From the human T2T-CHM13v2.0 reference genome, Homo sapiens, in the NCBI RefSeq assembly GCF_009914755.1, contig NC_060941.1: a stretch of DNA of 64,000 nt. The stretch is one strand, 5' to 3'. The notes under the pieces were generated by a model. It was not told the origin of the DNA and made no database searches. It worked only from the letters and a program-made list of their open reading frames with translations. The translations under genes were made by a program, and so were the position numbers. This document shows, piece by piece, positions 27,208 through 40,949 of the stretch (position 1 is the first letter of the stretch; each line of letters opens with the position of its first letter).

Positions 27208-30086
27208 ATGAGTGGATATTTTTACTGAAATGTCATCTGATCACCAGATGTGGCATGCACCCCTCTCCTTGACTCTTTAGTCCTCCTGGTGTGGTCTGTT
27301 TTTCTCCACAGCTTTTTCCCAGTCTTATGTATATTGTCTCTATGTCACCATTAAAATGTGAGTTCCAGGATAACAAGGTCTTTGTTCTATGAACCGCTTT
27401 ATCATGGGTACCTAAAACCAAGCATCTCAGAACATAGGAAATGGTAATTCAATGTTCACTGCATTCTACGCTAATGTCATAAAAGCAACAGAATGATCCC
27501 TAGAGCCAAGTCTTTCTTGGTTGTATTTTCCCCCACTGTGTTATTCCATTAGTTTATCCTTTCATAGGTTTATTTTGCACATCACGTGGCATGCCACCGG
27601 AGACAGGCGCGTGTTCTTCCAGATCTAGACAGCCATAAGCTGCACTGTAGAGCATGCAGTCCTGTTGCCGAGTCTTTCAGCCTTCAGATAGGCTCCCTCC
27701 ATCAAAACGAAGCCTGCAGCATTACAGATGATACACTGTCGGTACACAATGTAAGATTTAAAAACATTTAAACATGCTAGTTTTAACTATACTTTTCTTT
27801 TTGTTTAATCACCATTTATTCTGTTGCTGGTTGTTTTCTCAGCCTCAGCAGAAAACTGAGGTTCAGGCCTTAAGCAAAATCCGGGCTCAGATTTTCCCCA
27901 TGCACCGCCCTCCCTTGCATTCCCCTGTCTGTGTTTCAGGCAATTAGGACTGGCAGCTGTAGCCATTAAGAATTCACGTAGCGGAACGTTTATCGGGAGA
28001 AGGATTAATCCACTACTCGAATACTCCCAATTAGCTTTTAGACCCTGTCTGCCTTTTCTTCTTTGCAAAAGGAGAAAGGTTTTTCCCACTTGATACATTT
28101 TTTTTCTCTGCTTTTTAGAGTTCCATTGTGACCAGAAGCTATTTCCACCCTTTGCTGTGTACCTAGGCACAAAGCTACAAGGCTTTTCCCTGTGTGTACA
28201 GCTCATGGTGCCCTCTCTAGGTAGGATGAGCTTTGCTCCAGGTTACCTGCCTTTCCTTAATTTACTGAACATAAAGTTGGAGTTTTATGTGGTTTTGCAT
28301 TTTTGGTTTAGGATAATTTTTAATTCTTCAGTGGTCTTCCTGTGGTGTTTACAACCTAACCCCTACCCTCTGCCAAAATCATCCTCAAAGGCCATTTTTG
28401 TCTTGCACTATGTTCTACCCTTACCCCTCCGGACATTAAATAGGGACATAAAATGGATCTTATCATGGAGAGCACAGACGGAAAGCAAAGACTGTTTTGT
28501 TCTGATTGTTGGTTATAAGTCTAGCTTAAAGCCGAATTGCATGATGATGTATTGTGATAATGTAGGGAAAATATTGGCCCCTTCAGAGAGAGAGAGAGTT
28601 GTGCCAGCCCAGCCATGGTGGGCAGGCAAGGTTGGAGGGGGCCTCCTGGAGAAGGCGGTGCTTGCTCGGGCTGAGTCTTACAGAAGAGAACAAAGGCAAC
28701 AGTTGTCCCTGAGAGGGGACTGGAGGGGATGATCTCAGAGGAAGTAGATGATATAATAAACCAGCATGGTATTCATTGGAAACTACAAGCAGTTCTGTGC
28801 TATGGGAGCCTGGAGCCTGAATTGGGTTTCAAAAGAAAGAAGGCCAGAAAGTGTTCCAGGCTAAGGCATAGAGCACCTCGCAGACTCTTAGGGATGTGGG
28901 CTTAGATAAATCCTTTTGATGCCGTGTGAAGCCTGGCTCTGGGGAGAAAAGACTGGCTAGAGAAACTCCAGGTAGAAGGCCGTCGTATACAAGAGGCCAG
29001 TGGCGGCACCCTGAGTCAGGCTGGTGGGGCGACCCTCAGGACCTTCCTAGGACAGGTGGAGGTTGAGTTAGAGGGAGCAGGTGAGACCTGGACTGTGACC
29101 AGGCACCAGAAGCGAGAAGAAGGAGCTTGTGGGCATTTGTTCTCAGGTTGTGAGTAGGCCGGAGGTCCATGAGTATGGGGTCGTGAGAAGTAGGGGCAGA
29201 CATGCTGCGGGCGGTTCCCAAAATACAGTTTCTAGAGCCGAAGAAGGCCAAGAGAGTGAAATCTGGGGAGCAGAAGAGGATCCTGGCAGGTGATGGGGAG
29301 GAGAATTGGGAGAAAATGGCATGGGGGAAGCCGGGAAGGGTACCTGTCAGCCCGGGGGAACAGAGATGGAATTGATATCCATTATTCCAAGGAGTCTGGC
29401 CCTTTAGCAAGAAGAGCACTTTATATTCCAAGTGAAGCAGTCCTGTTCAAAATAAGCAGCTCCCCATTTCTGAGAAGATGCTGAGTACATCTTCTGCCAG
29501 AGAACTCAGAATGTGAATCAGAATTCTCAGCCCTATTAAAGTGGCATCTTCTCAGGGCTCGTTCCTGTAAAGCCCCTTAAGGGCACAGCCTTCCTTTAAA
29601 CTCTCAGCCAGGAACTGTGGTCTCATCTGGATTTGCCGCCGCAGCTTTCCCTGGACTAAAGATGGACTTGTGCCACCATTCTCAGAGGAGGGCAAAGGAC
29701 AGGGGTCAGCAGATTCCTCCTCCTCCTGAAGGGGGTTCTTGAATACATATCATCCAGAAGCAGGGGGTCGTGGCCCCGAAAGGTCAGGAGTGGGGGGAAG
29801 CGGTACTTGTGAACAGACAACTCGGGAGTATACATCACCAGTAAACCCCAGTCCCGTAAAATCCGTAAGGCTGCAAGCTTATTGTCATTGGTGGTGGTGT
29901 TTTTGGTACTTCCTCTGCCCTTCTTTTATTACAGTTAAATAATTATTCCATGAGCAATTCTAAATAAATATTATTTAATAGGATTTATTGGTTTTTTGTT
30001 TTTTTAATTGGGATTGTCATTATCAAATAGATGCCTCTTGTGTTGGTATACAGTTAATTGTTGCTTCTGTTGAAAGATGGATCATG

Positions 30087-30370
30087 GGCCGGGCACGGTG
30101 GCTCACGCCTGTAATCCCAACACTTTGGGAGGCCGAGGCGGGCGGATCACCTGAGGTCAGGAGTTTGAGACCAGCATGGTGAAACCCTGTCTCTATTAAA
30201 AATACCAAAAAAAAATTAGCCATGCATAGTGGCGGGCACCTGTAATCCCAGCTACTCAGGAGGCTGAGACAGGAGAATCGCTTGAACTGGGACTTGGAGG
30301 TTGCAGTGAGCCGAGACCGTGCCATTGCACTCCAGCCTGGACAACAAGAGAGAAACTGTCTCAAAAAAAA
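30087..30370 (+). mobile_element. Alu (AluS-like) with a 13-bp TSD
   Basis: AAAGATGGATCAT at 30073-30085 and 30371-30383. Confidence 0.95.
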
Positions 30371-30764
30371 AAAGATGGATCATAAAGCTTTTGAAATACA
30401 CTATTATCAGAAAAATACGTGATTTTTAAAAAGTGATATTTATGTCAGACCACAATTATCATTTGTTAAAATTGTTACTTTATTCGTCTTGAGAATCTAG
30501 CGGTGTCCAAGAAAAAGTTTTATGGTAAACTTGACCTTTCTTTTCTGAGAAATTCTAGCATTTTGTGTTTGCTTACAGTAGTAGAAGGCCATTAACAAAA
30601 ACTCCATTTCTTTGGGAGAAGTGCTGGAAATGTTTGGAGTATTTCTTTATGAGAGCTTAAACTTTAACAAACAAATGATTTCCTTGATGCCAAGAGATAC
30701 AAAACCTGAGAGTGCAGCTGCACTGACTTCGCGGGTGCCCTGCATTTAAAACCACGGTCATAAC

Positions 30765-30962
30765 GCTGCGGTGCCCATGCTTGAGTGCGCCCAGCATCAC
30801 CTGCAGGCTCACGGAGCCACAGACTGCCAGGCCCTCCCTGAGCCTCTGCTTCTGTGGCCGTGGGTGGGGCCTGACGATTTGGCTTTCTTGGGTGTCCCAC
30901 AAAATTGCTGCTGCGGCCGCTTCTGCTGCTGTCTGGGTTGTCTGCCTTTGAGAACCCCTGGT
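30765..30962. mobile_element. MER5-like hAT-Charlie DNA transposon remnant
   Basis: 'cagcatcacctg…gggtggggcctga…tttgagaacccctg' resembles the recalled MER5A consensus. Confidence 0.5.
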
Positions 30963-32724
30963 ATGGACAGTGTGGTGTGAGAGGCAAGCAGGATATTCAT
31001 CTTATGGTTTGGGGTCACTCTGCTTCTTACGTGTCGGGAGAGACACTTCCCCGACCCCTTGTTTTCCATCTCTAATTTTAGCCGTCTAGGGCAGAAACAG
31101 TCCCGGGTAAACACCAAGGCCTCGTGGGAGGCACCTAGGAGGTGAGGAGGGGCTACGTCTGCCGGGTCTCCAAGCAGGAGTGAGAACCAGCTAGACAAGG
31201 GGAGGCCTGGGAGTGCGAGGGGGCTCTGGTGACAGGAAGTAGTCCCCTCTGACCCGGTGACACCGTGGGGAGCAGGTGATGTGGTTCCAGTGCTCTGTCA
31301 TCCTGGGGTCAGTAGGATGAAAGATGTCGTAGCAGCACAGGCAGCACTGTGGAAACTGTTCTCACGACTGTGAGTCATTGAGGCTCCTGGACGCGGCGGA
31401 AGTGCAAGCGGGAAAAAGGATGGCAAGTTGAGTAACCTCAGGGGTAAGCAAGGAGGTGTGAGAATCACTCACTTCCTCGGCGGGGCCTGCACGCACCTGG
31501 TGCAGGAGCAGCAGAAGCCATGCTGGCTCTTCCTGCTGCGTGTGCATCTGGCCCTGGAAAGAGGCACACCCAGCAGCGGGCTCTCCTGGCTCACCCGGGG
31601 CCGTCAGGGCGCTGCAGTTTGCAGGAGCATCCTTTGGGCTCTTACCTCAGTCGGTGGGGCTGGGCAGCTGGGTGTCTCCAGCCCATCATGCTGGAACATG
31701 CTGGAAGCTTCCTCAGGGTACTCGGGCTTATTTTGGTAGTCATACACATGAAATGCACTTTGGGGGAGAAGGATGAAATATTTTGGTTAATCCACTGAAA
31801 AAATGAATGTTGAGGAACACAGCCAGCTTTCCTGTTATTTATTAATAGGCTTAAGATAGCCAGAAGGACATTTCTGCTAGAAAGTTATTGCCAGCTGAAA
31901 AAGAACAAGTCTTCATTATTATCCAATTTGGTATATATATATATATTTCAGGTTTTTATGAAGCTAAGGGCAAAGGTCAGCTGCTTCCTATTCCTTGTGG
32001 ATTGTGCTGCTGATGGGAACTTCCTTTGACTTCACAAATACAAGGGATTGGAAGTGCATTCTTTGTTATCTCATATGTAAGATGAGGCTTTTAACACGAT
32101 TTTCTTTTAGTTAATTTTAAAATATTTTATTATAAAATTCATTTTTTTTCAAATGGTGCAGATAAGCATAAAATAAACAATAAAAGTTCTTCCTTTCCTT
32201 CCCTCCAAGCCTTTGTGTGGCACGTTCTTGGCATGTTGCAAAGTGCCGTCATCATCATCATCATCATTGAGTTTGGAAGAGGAAATGATAAGTTTTATTT
32301 TTCCCTTCTCAAATTTTTGAATTTGAGGTGTCACAGGCAATCAAATGAAAATAACCAACTCTCTGTAGAGGTGGTAGTTGCAGCTGAACATTTTTGGGAC
32401 TTCAATGTTTAGGCAGTATTTAAAACCAGGGAGTTATATTTGATTGCCTGGGAGAAGATGTGGAATAAGAAGAATGGAATAGGCCCCTGACGATAAGTTT
32501 TTAAGGGGAGGGTGGAAGGGAGGGGTCCCAAGCTGGGAAGCTTTGGAAGAATGAGCTGAGGCAGCCGGAGACCTGGGGAGAGAGTGTGTGTTTGAGGGGA
32601 GACGGCGCATAGATGTCAGGTGGGGCAGGAATGGAAGAGACCATGGGATGCAGCATGTGAAGAGGTGACTATGTGTTCAGTAATTTCTGGAGAGCAGTTA
32701 GGATCAAAACTAGGTTTGCATTTT

Positions 32725-33850
32725 TAAAAAACAATTTGAAATAATTTTAAATGTACACGAGAGTTGCAGAGGCAGCACAGAGAGTTCCTGTGTGTCCTTC
32801 ATCCAGCTACCCAGTGTCAACCTCTTACATGACCTCAGCACAGCGATCAAATCTAGGAAACATATGTTGTTACAGCACTGCCAACCACACACAGCCTCCT
32901 TGGTGCCAGCAGCCTTGCCGCTGTAATCCTCTGTATGTCTTGTGGTCCAGCCCAGGCCCCCACCCACATTGGCTGCCTTGTCCTCTGGTCCTCCCAGCCT
33001 GGGATGGTTCCTCAGCTGTTCTTGTCTTTCATGACCATGACATTGTAAGATGCTGCTCAGGTGTTTTGGAGGATGTCCCTCACTTTGGGTTTGTCTGATG
33101 TGTTCTCATGATGAGATTGAGGATCAAAGTTTTGGGAAGAATAATGCAGATGGGTTATTCTCAGTGCATCAGGTTTGGGGGTGCGTGGTGTGTGTGATTC
33201 TTATTACTGCAGATACCAACCTTGATCACTAGGCTGAAGTGGTGCCTTGTGTGTTTCTCCAATGTGAAGTTGTTATTTTCTTTATAATTCATAAGCATTT
33301 GAAGGAGATACTTTGAGAGTATGCAGATATCCTGTTTCTCCTTAAACTGCCATGCCCTAATTCTAACATTCATGTGTAATTACTATCCTGGTGTTCTAAT
33401 GGTGGTGCTGTACCTCCCTATTTCCTTCCACGTTTAGTAACTGGAATTCTTCTGTATGAAAGAATTGTTGCTTCTCTTGTTGTTTATTTACTTGGTTGTT
33501 TGTTTATATCCATATGGAGCCACTAATATTTATTTTACTTCTTGGGTTATAATCCATTATTATTATCATTATTTATTTTGTTACTGAAATTGTTTCAACT
33601 TTGACCACTGACACACCTTCTAGCATTTTCTCTACCACAGCCCTGGATCAACCATTTTTCCAAGGATCTTTGGCTTTTTTGAGAGTGGTATTTAGAAACC
33701 AAGATGTGGCCTCTTTGTGTGCTCGTTACTACTGGAGCATTAGTGTTACTAGGCCTAGGCCCTCTCCGTGGACTTAGCTAAGTGATGCATTTGTGTGTAG
33801 TAAGCTGTAAACACATGCATATTGATTTGCGTATCTATGTACAGGTGTGG
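32725..33850 (-). mobile_element. L1MC4-like 3' end
   Basis: 'tttgaaataattttaaatgtacacgagagttgcag…cacagagagttcc' and 'ccctggatcaaccatttttccaaggatc…tggtatttagaaaccaagat'. Confidence 0.7.
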
Positions 33851-35972
33851 AAACTAGATTTTAATGACTAAACAGGAGGTAAGGGACTAGGGACTGGAAT
33901 AGACTAATCTTTCCAGAAGTTTGGTGATACTACTGAATAACACTGTTTTTTCTAGCTTTCTCTGTAATACAATTTTTGCAATAAATACATAGAGAGCATG
34001 TGATTAGAGGAGCCTGTCTGTTGGGGAGACCTCGAAGAAAGAACAAGGCTAAGCAGGGATGTTTAGTTTCTGCAAGAGGTAACTTATGTTTGTAGATAGG
34101 AGAAAGGGGGTTGCTGAAGAAAGTATAAATCAGTGGAGTAAAGGATGAGAAATGGGAAGGTATGAGAAGATTAATTCAGGACAGAGATACAGCATTTGAC
34201 TTGGCAAGCCCAAGCACTCTTCTCTGAGACGTGGGAGGGAAGGAGAGGTGAATACAAATGTGGTGGAGCTTTGAAGCTGGACATGAGAGCTGGTTCCCCT
34301 TGGAGCCTGTCTCCTGTTAAGTGAGAAGCCAGGCCATGTCCTGAGAGGTGGGGGCCATGAGTGCCAGGATGGAAGGGTCAGGAGAGAGGAGACATGGCAA
34401 CCCACCCCTTCCTCATGTTTACTGCCTGGCATAGTTGGCATTTTTCTTTATGTTGAGGAAAATGCTGCTATGATCTGATTAGTAGGTGCTAAATACCCCA
34501 GTTTGTATAAAGTAGGATGGTATCTTTGCAGGGCTAATGAAATGGCCAAATCAGGTTTGGGTAAGGCCACCTGGAGATCCATGTCCTTCAGCTGATGGCA
34601 GTCTTCCTGTGTATCCCAGCTATCCACAGAGATGCTTGCGAGTTCTACCATCGCAACAGCGGCGAGGCCAGGTTCTCCCATCCCAACAGTGGTGAGGCCA
34701 GAAATTTCCAGGCTCATCACATCTACCTGCTCAGCCTGTGGTGGGTTGGAGTTGGGGTTGGGACACCCCACCTGCCCTTCCAGAGGGCGACTGTCTGCAC
34801 CTGCCCAGTGTGCCCCCCGTTCCCTCCTCTGCAGTGTCAGAGCTGCTGTGCCTGGATCTGAGGAGGGGCCGTGGGAGAAGAAGCCGCCCCCACGACACTT
34901 GCGCTTGCCTTTTCAGCTGGAGCACGGGGTGGCGGCACCGTGTCGTTCTGCCCACCTCACCCACTGGGATGCAAACTTGCTGAGGCCAGGGCTTCTTCCT
35001 GCCATGCCTTGCCACCACGCCCCTTGCCTCCCCTGGGACATGCCGTTCTCTTCTTTGTACTCATCTGTTTGGTATGTGAGGGGTTTTGCGTTTTGTCTTC
35101 TGCTCTGTAATTTAAAGGGATAAAACGCTCACATTTAACTTAAGCCAAAACCCAGTTTCAGTCTTTCCACCAGAAATCCCTGAGATGTAGAATTGTGGGA
35201 AGCTCCTTGGAGGCTGGCGGGCTGCTGGGCTGCCCCTCTGTGGGAAGACAGCCTGCAGGCTTCAGTGGGCTGGGCTCTCCCGGCCATGGCTGCCTTGGTG
35301 GCTAACTCAGGCTGCGGCGACAGACTGGTGAGGCAGGCGGACTCTTCCCCTGATGTTTAATATAACCTGACAGATAAAGTGGATTGTAATGAAGAAATTA
35401 TCTAAAACCCATTTCTATTTCTTTGTTTGAAAAGAAAACATGGCCTTGAATATGATTCTTGGAGAAAAAGAAGAGACGCTTTGATTAGGAATTATTCTCT
35501 GTACTTTTAGTTTTGGATCAAGAAGAAATGAAAACCATTGGCCACAAGCTCTTGAGTGTTCCAAGCAGCCTTCCGTGTATACAGGGGGCTTTTCAATTCT
35601 GGGCTGGTGTGGGTTGGTGCAGTCAGGATGACAGAGGAATATTCCACAGGACAACGAGGAGTGACTCTACTGTGGGCGTTGTTTCTGCCCCTGCAGCCGG
35701 GGCTGTGAGGCTGCAGGCTGCCCTTTGCTGGTTTGCAGGGGCCATAATTCTGGCCTGGAGCTTGACAAACGACCCAGGACCTCTGAGATGGGAAATGAGG
35801 TCTGCATCCCGTGTTCTAATCAGGATTCGCTATCAAAGGTCATTTTCCACACTGTGGCTTAATAGAGTTGGTTTTATATTCCCTGAGGGATACAGACTTC
35901 CAAATTGTTGCAGTCTCACTAACTGTAATGTATACAGCTCATGTTTGAAAGGAAATCGCCTCTCCTCCAAGG

Positions 35973-36160
35973 CAGCGGTTCTCAACCAGGGAAACTTTTC
36001 CCCTCAGGGGACACTGGGACATTTGGCAATGTCCAGCAACCTGGAGATTGTCACATCTAGGTGTGGGGGTGGCTGGGTGGTGCTGCGGAAGATTGTGTGG
36101 TGCACAGGGCAGCCCCACAAGGAGCGGCCCGGCCCCAAATGGCCCTGGTGCTGAGAGGGA
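35973..36160. mobile_element. MER20-like hAT-Charlie DNA transposon
   Basis: 'cagcggttctcaaccaggg…ccctcaggggacac…atttggcaatgtc…tgcacagggcagccccacaa…ggccccaaatg' matches the recalled MER20 consensus. Confidence 0.75.
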
Positions 36161-37077
36161 CAGACGCCGCTCACAGAGAAGCGACCACAGAGGCCCACAT
36201 CCAAGCAGGCTTCCCAGAGCAGGCGGGGCTGGGAAAGCTGTTCTGTGGCGCAGCATCCCAGTGGCTGTTACGGGGTGAAAGCCCCTCTTAGAATTTAAAG
36301 TCCTAGAGCAGAGACCAACTGGGGCCATCCATGGCCCTGTGCCGTGCTGCCTCCTGGACGCACGCTAGGAGGTGGAGATGGTCCAGCCCCAGCAGGACTG
36401 GGCCACGAGGACCCTGCCGGTAACCTGGTGCTCGCCGCCCACAGATCACGGGGCGTGGAGGGAGAGACTGCCAGTGCTGTCCTAGTGCAGCAGTACCTCA
36501 TGGTTATGACGGATCATCTTCCTGAACTTTGCATCTCAGAATTTAAAATGGAGATTTTGATTTTGATTTTGGCAAATGTGGAAAATAGATTTCAGCTCAA
36601 AAAGCAAGACCTGAGAACATGGTGTGTTAAAATATCTTTCATTTCATGCCACTTTGCAGCCCTGGGACCCTCGGGGTTGTACCTAGAAGGTAGTAAAGAT
36701 GACAGCAGCCCCCGTTTCACTGATGGTGGCGCAGAGGACGTTGTGAGGTGGCTGTAGGGTCAGGTGGCTGTAGGGTCAGGGCTGGGCAAGTTGTATTCAG
36801 ATGCTGTTCGCTAAGCCCAGAACATTATAGGAGGTAAATAAATAGCACGCAGTGTTCTGGGGGTAAAAAGATACACCCATGTCCCAGGCTGCTGCCAAAA
36901 TCCTTTCTCCTGTCAGCGTGGGGGGTGATCCTGCCCAATTAAAGGACGTCTTTTGGCCCTTCTTTCCCTTGGCAGCAGCATGGAAGTGGGTGGGGGAGGA
37001 GAGGAGCATGCTTCCCCCAACCCCTGGGGACCTGTGAGCGCAGCCTGCAAGCTCCGGCTCCAGGAGGAAGCGTGCTC

Positions 37078-37685
37078 AAGTGCACCTCTGACCACGTCAC
37101 GCTGCGAGAACGTGGGCGCTACACCTCCGACCACATCGTGCTCCGAGAACGTGGACGCTGCACCTCTGACCACGTCACGCTCCGAGAACATGGACGCTGC
37201 ACCTCTGACCACTTCCTGCTCTGAGAACGTGAACTCTGCACCTCTGACCACGTCACGCCCCGAGAACGTGGACACTGCACCTCTGACCACATCATGCTCC
37301 GAGAACGTGGACGCTGCACCTCTGACCACATCATGCTCCGAGAACGTGGACGCTGCACCTCTGACCGCATCATGCTCCGAGAACGTGGACGCTGCACCTC
37401 TGATCATGTCACACTCCAAGATCATGGACATTGCACTTCTGATCATGTCATGCTCTGAGAACATGGACGCTGCACCTCTGATCATGTCACGCTTCAAGAA
37501 CGTGAACACTGCACCTCTGACCACGTCACGCCCCGAGAACGTGGACGCTGCACCTCTGACCACATCATGCTCTGAGAACGTGGACGCTGCACCTCTGATC
37601 ATGTCACACTCCAAGATCATGGACATTGCACTTCTGATCATGTCATGCTCCAAGAACGTGGACGCTGCACCTCTGACCATGTCGC
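37078..37685. repeat. 39-bp CpG-rich minisatellite, ~15-16 copies (gacgctgcacctctgaccacrtcaygctccgagaacgtg)
   Basis: 13-aa periodicity in the ORF track and direct reading. Confidence 0.96.
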
Positions 37686-37829
37686 GCTGGCCAGAATTTG
37701 GCTGCAGGACAGACTTCACTGGAAAGGAAACTGGGCCATGTGCTCAGCTACAACTGCTTTAGAAGAGAGAGAAAATCAGATATTAGCCTAGCAGTCTCTA
37801 CCACACTGGCATTTAGATAATTTTCAGCT

Positions 37830-38950
37830 TTTTTTTTTACCAGTCAAAACATCTCATGTACAAATGCAAGTATTTCTATAGGATGGATATCTAGAAGTAG
37901 TCAGAAGGAATGTGCCTTTAAAATTTTTGTTAAGTACTTCCCAATTGCCTTCCATACAAGCTTCATTAATTTACATTCCCACCATTGATGGATGAGTGCC
38001 CTGCATCCTCCCACAATGGGGCATTATTCACATTTTATCCTGCTTTCCACTTTGCTGAATAAAAACAGAATGGATGAATGAATGGATGGGCGGATGGATG
38101 GATGGATGAATGGATGGATGGATCGATAGGTAGATAGATAGATTCTCATTGTAATTTGCATTTCTAATAAAGAGCATGAAACTTAGAATCATTTTTGATT
38201 CATTTTTCTTCTGTGAATTGCCTGTTTGTATGTTTTGCCTGTTTGTTTTCGTTTTGTCCCTTGTTGATCTGCAGCAGAAGTTTATATAGACACATCTAAA
38301 AAATTCTCTGTCATGTACTGTGTACCTCCTTTCTTCTAAAATTGCTAGTCATTGATATGTCTTTATTAGAATTATAGATTTTTTTATCTTACTGTATCAG
38401 TCAGTCTCAAGACTTATTAGGTTTTGTGACTTGCTTAATTAAGGCCTTTCATATGCCAAAATAAATGAAAATTTTCCTGTGCTTTTACATTTAGGTTTTC
38501 AGTCCACTCTGGGGTGTGTGTGTGTGTGTGTGTGTGTGTAATCTCAGATAGCAAAATACCAAATGGCTGGTTAGAGTTTCCAGCATCAGTTATTGAATTG
38601 TTAATTCCTTCTTTGCAGATTTAAAATGCTGTCCTCATTAGAGTTACGTATGTGGGTCTATTTCTGGACTCTCTCTTTTCTGTTGATTTGTTTGTCTCCC
38701 TCACTAATACCATCCTGTAATTACCATAGATTTATAGTATCTTTAATATCTGGCAGTGTGAGTCCCTATTCATTATTCTTTATTAATTTTTTTTTGCTCT
38801 TGTGCTTTTTTTTTTCTCTGTACTATATAATCATCTTGTTAAATTCCGTGAATGGAAAAAACCCAGAAGGTATTTTGATTAGGCTTGGACTGACTTTCTG
38901 GATTCATTAGGCAAGAATTGACATCTCTAGATCCTTCAGTGGGTTTATTT
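37830..38950 (-). mobile_element. Old L1ME-like fragment containing (GGAT)n/(GATA)n at 38069-38142 and (TG)n at 38514-38539
   Basis: L1 antisense phrases ('aatttacattcccacca', 'ctcattgtaatttgcatttct', 'gggtctatttctggactctct'). Confidence 0.6.
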
Positions 38951-39892
38951 ACAGAGAGCATTTCCAGGTGTTCTATTATAGAGCAGTGATTATAAACAGT
39001 CCACCAAACGCGGACAGTTTTAACAACATGTTTGGCAGAGCACAGGTAGAATGGGGTCCTGCCCACGATGATGTACGTGTCTCCACACACCCCCCACACA
39101 TCTGCGTCGTTGGTATACTGTATCATCATGTCTGAGATATAACTTACGTCTGAGATGTAGCTGATGTCTGAAATGTAACTTTTGTCTGCTTCTTTGCTGT
39201 GCACGGACAAAGCTTCTGCAGGCTTCCTGCACGCCATACTTCCCCAGGCTTTGCTGGATCTGGCCTTCTGTCCCTTTCCTCTTGAGTTATAAACAATCCT
39301 GTAGGCAGTACCAGCGGCAGGATATGTGGCTTAGCTGCTAAGAAATAAACTCACTTTTACTGTGACTTTGATTTTTGCCAATTTCTGGGAATTTGATTTC
39401 TGCCACAGCTTCACTACTTACACTCTTGATGTCCAAGGAAAGGTAAATAATGAACGTGTTCTGTGGAGAAGAATTCCTTAAAAATGTTAGCTTTGCGTTC
39501 GGATTGTAAGTGTTTCTCAAGTGAGATGAGAACATTCTCCTCTGCATTTACCAGAATCACTAGTGTCTGTTCAGGCGCTGAACAGTATGGTGTGTTCTGA
39601 AAAATGTTTCACTCAGCAGATTAGTGTTACTAGGTTATTGTTCTGTGACTGAAATAAATTTATACAGCCAAACCCACTTATACCCCTTAAGTATGATCTT
39701 TCAAAAGTCATCTCAATGACAAAGTGCTTATGGACCTCTCTGAAATTAAAGGGACAGTGGCATGCAAATTTGAGGACCCGGCCAACTCTTAGAGCTCCCC
39801 TCCCTTGTAAATGATGTGTGTGTTGTGTTATATAAACCCAGAGATGTGACAGAGTTAAAGGACAAATGGAGACACGGAGTGAAGAGCACGTG

Positions 39893-40035
39893 TGTGAGAC
39901 AGCTGTGGGTCCATGGAGGGAGGCCCCGCGGCGGGAACTGAGGCAGCCATGGGGTACATGAGGGAAGCCCCACAGTGGGAACTGAGACAGCTCTGGTTCC
40001 ATGGAGGGAGGTCCCGCAGTGAAAACTGAGACAAG
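39893..40035. repeat. Diverged ~44-bp tandem triplication
   Basis: ccatggagggagg…gggaactgagrcag recurs three times. Confidence 0.75.
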
Positions 40036-40102
40036 TTTAAGGAGTTGACCAGCAGCTGAACCCAGCGGCAGCTGCGGAGGAGCCTGGGGCTAGGGATGAT
40101 GA

Positions 40103-40472
<370 letters not shown>

Positions 40473-40626
40473 GTTTGCTGTTTTTTATAGTTTTGTATAA
40501 AGGCTAACTCAGCGTCTCTCCAGCCACCAGGCTCAATGTGTGTGCCTTTTGTAACGGTGCAGTACTCACCAGCAGCCCATATTCCTGAGACGCACATGTA
40601 ACGAGCGCACTTTGTGTGTTTTCTAG

Positions 40627-40773
40627 AACTACACGCAGTACATCCCTCTGTCCATATATGACCTGCAGACGTGGATGGGCAGCCCGTCGATCTTCGTCTA
40701 CGACTGCTCCAATGCTGGCTTGATCGTCAAGTCCTTCAAGCAGTTCGCACTACAGCGGGAGCAGGAGCTGGAG
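40627..40773 (+). CDS. RPTOR: RPTOR internal coding exon (147 nt, phase 0-0; probably exon 5), RNC/caspase-like domain
   Basis: A TTTTCTAG acceptor ends at 40626 and a GTGAGC donor starts at 40774. The exon translates to [49 protein letters not shown], continuing in frame from the previous exon (…WVFNK|NYTQY…). Confidence 0.97.
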
Positions 40774-40949
40774 GTGAGCGCTCTGGTGCTTGGAGAGCGG
40801 TGCTGGGTTTGGTTTTGTTTTCCCTGGGGGTGGGGTTTGGGTGGGGAGGTTGGGAGGTGTTGGACATCCTCTGAATGGAGCAGGTCTCAGAATGCCAAGG
40901 GCAGGATGGCATATTCAATGCTGTTGAGCTAGGGAGGCACTCAGCACAC

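Noticed and set aside
36913-37762. 268/269 aa repetitive ORFs on both strands
   Set aside because: Artefacts of the 39-bp VNTR.
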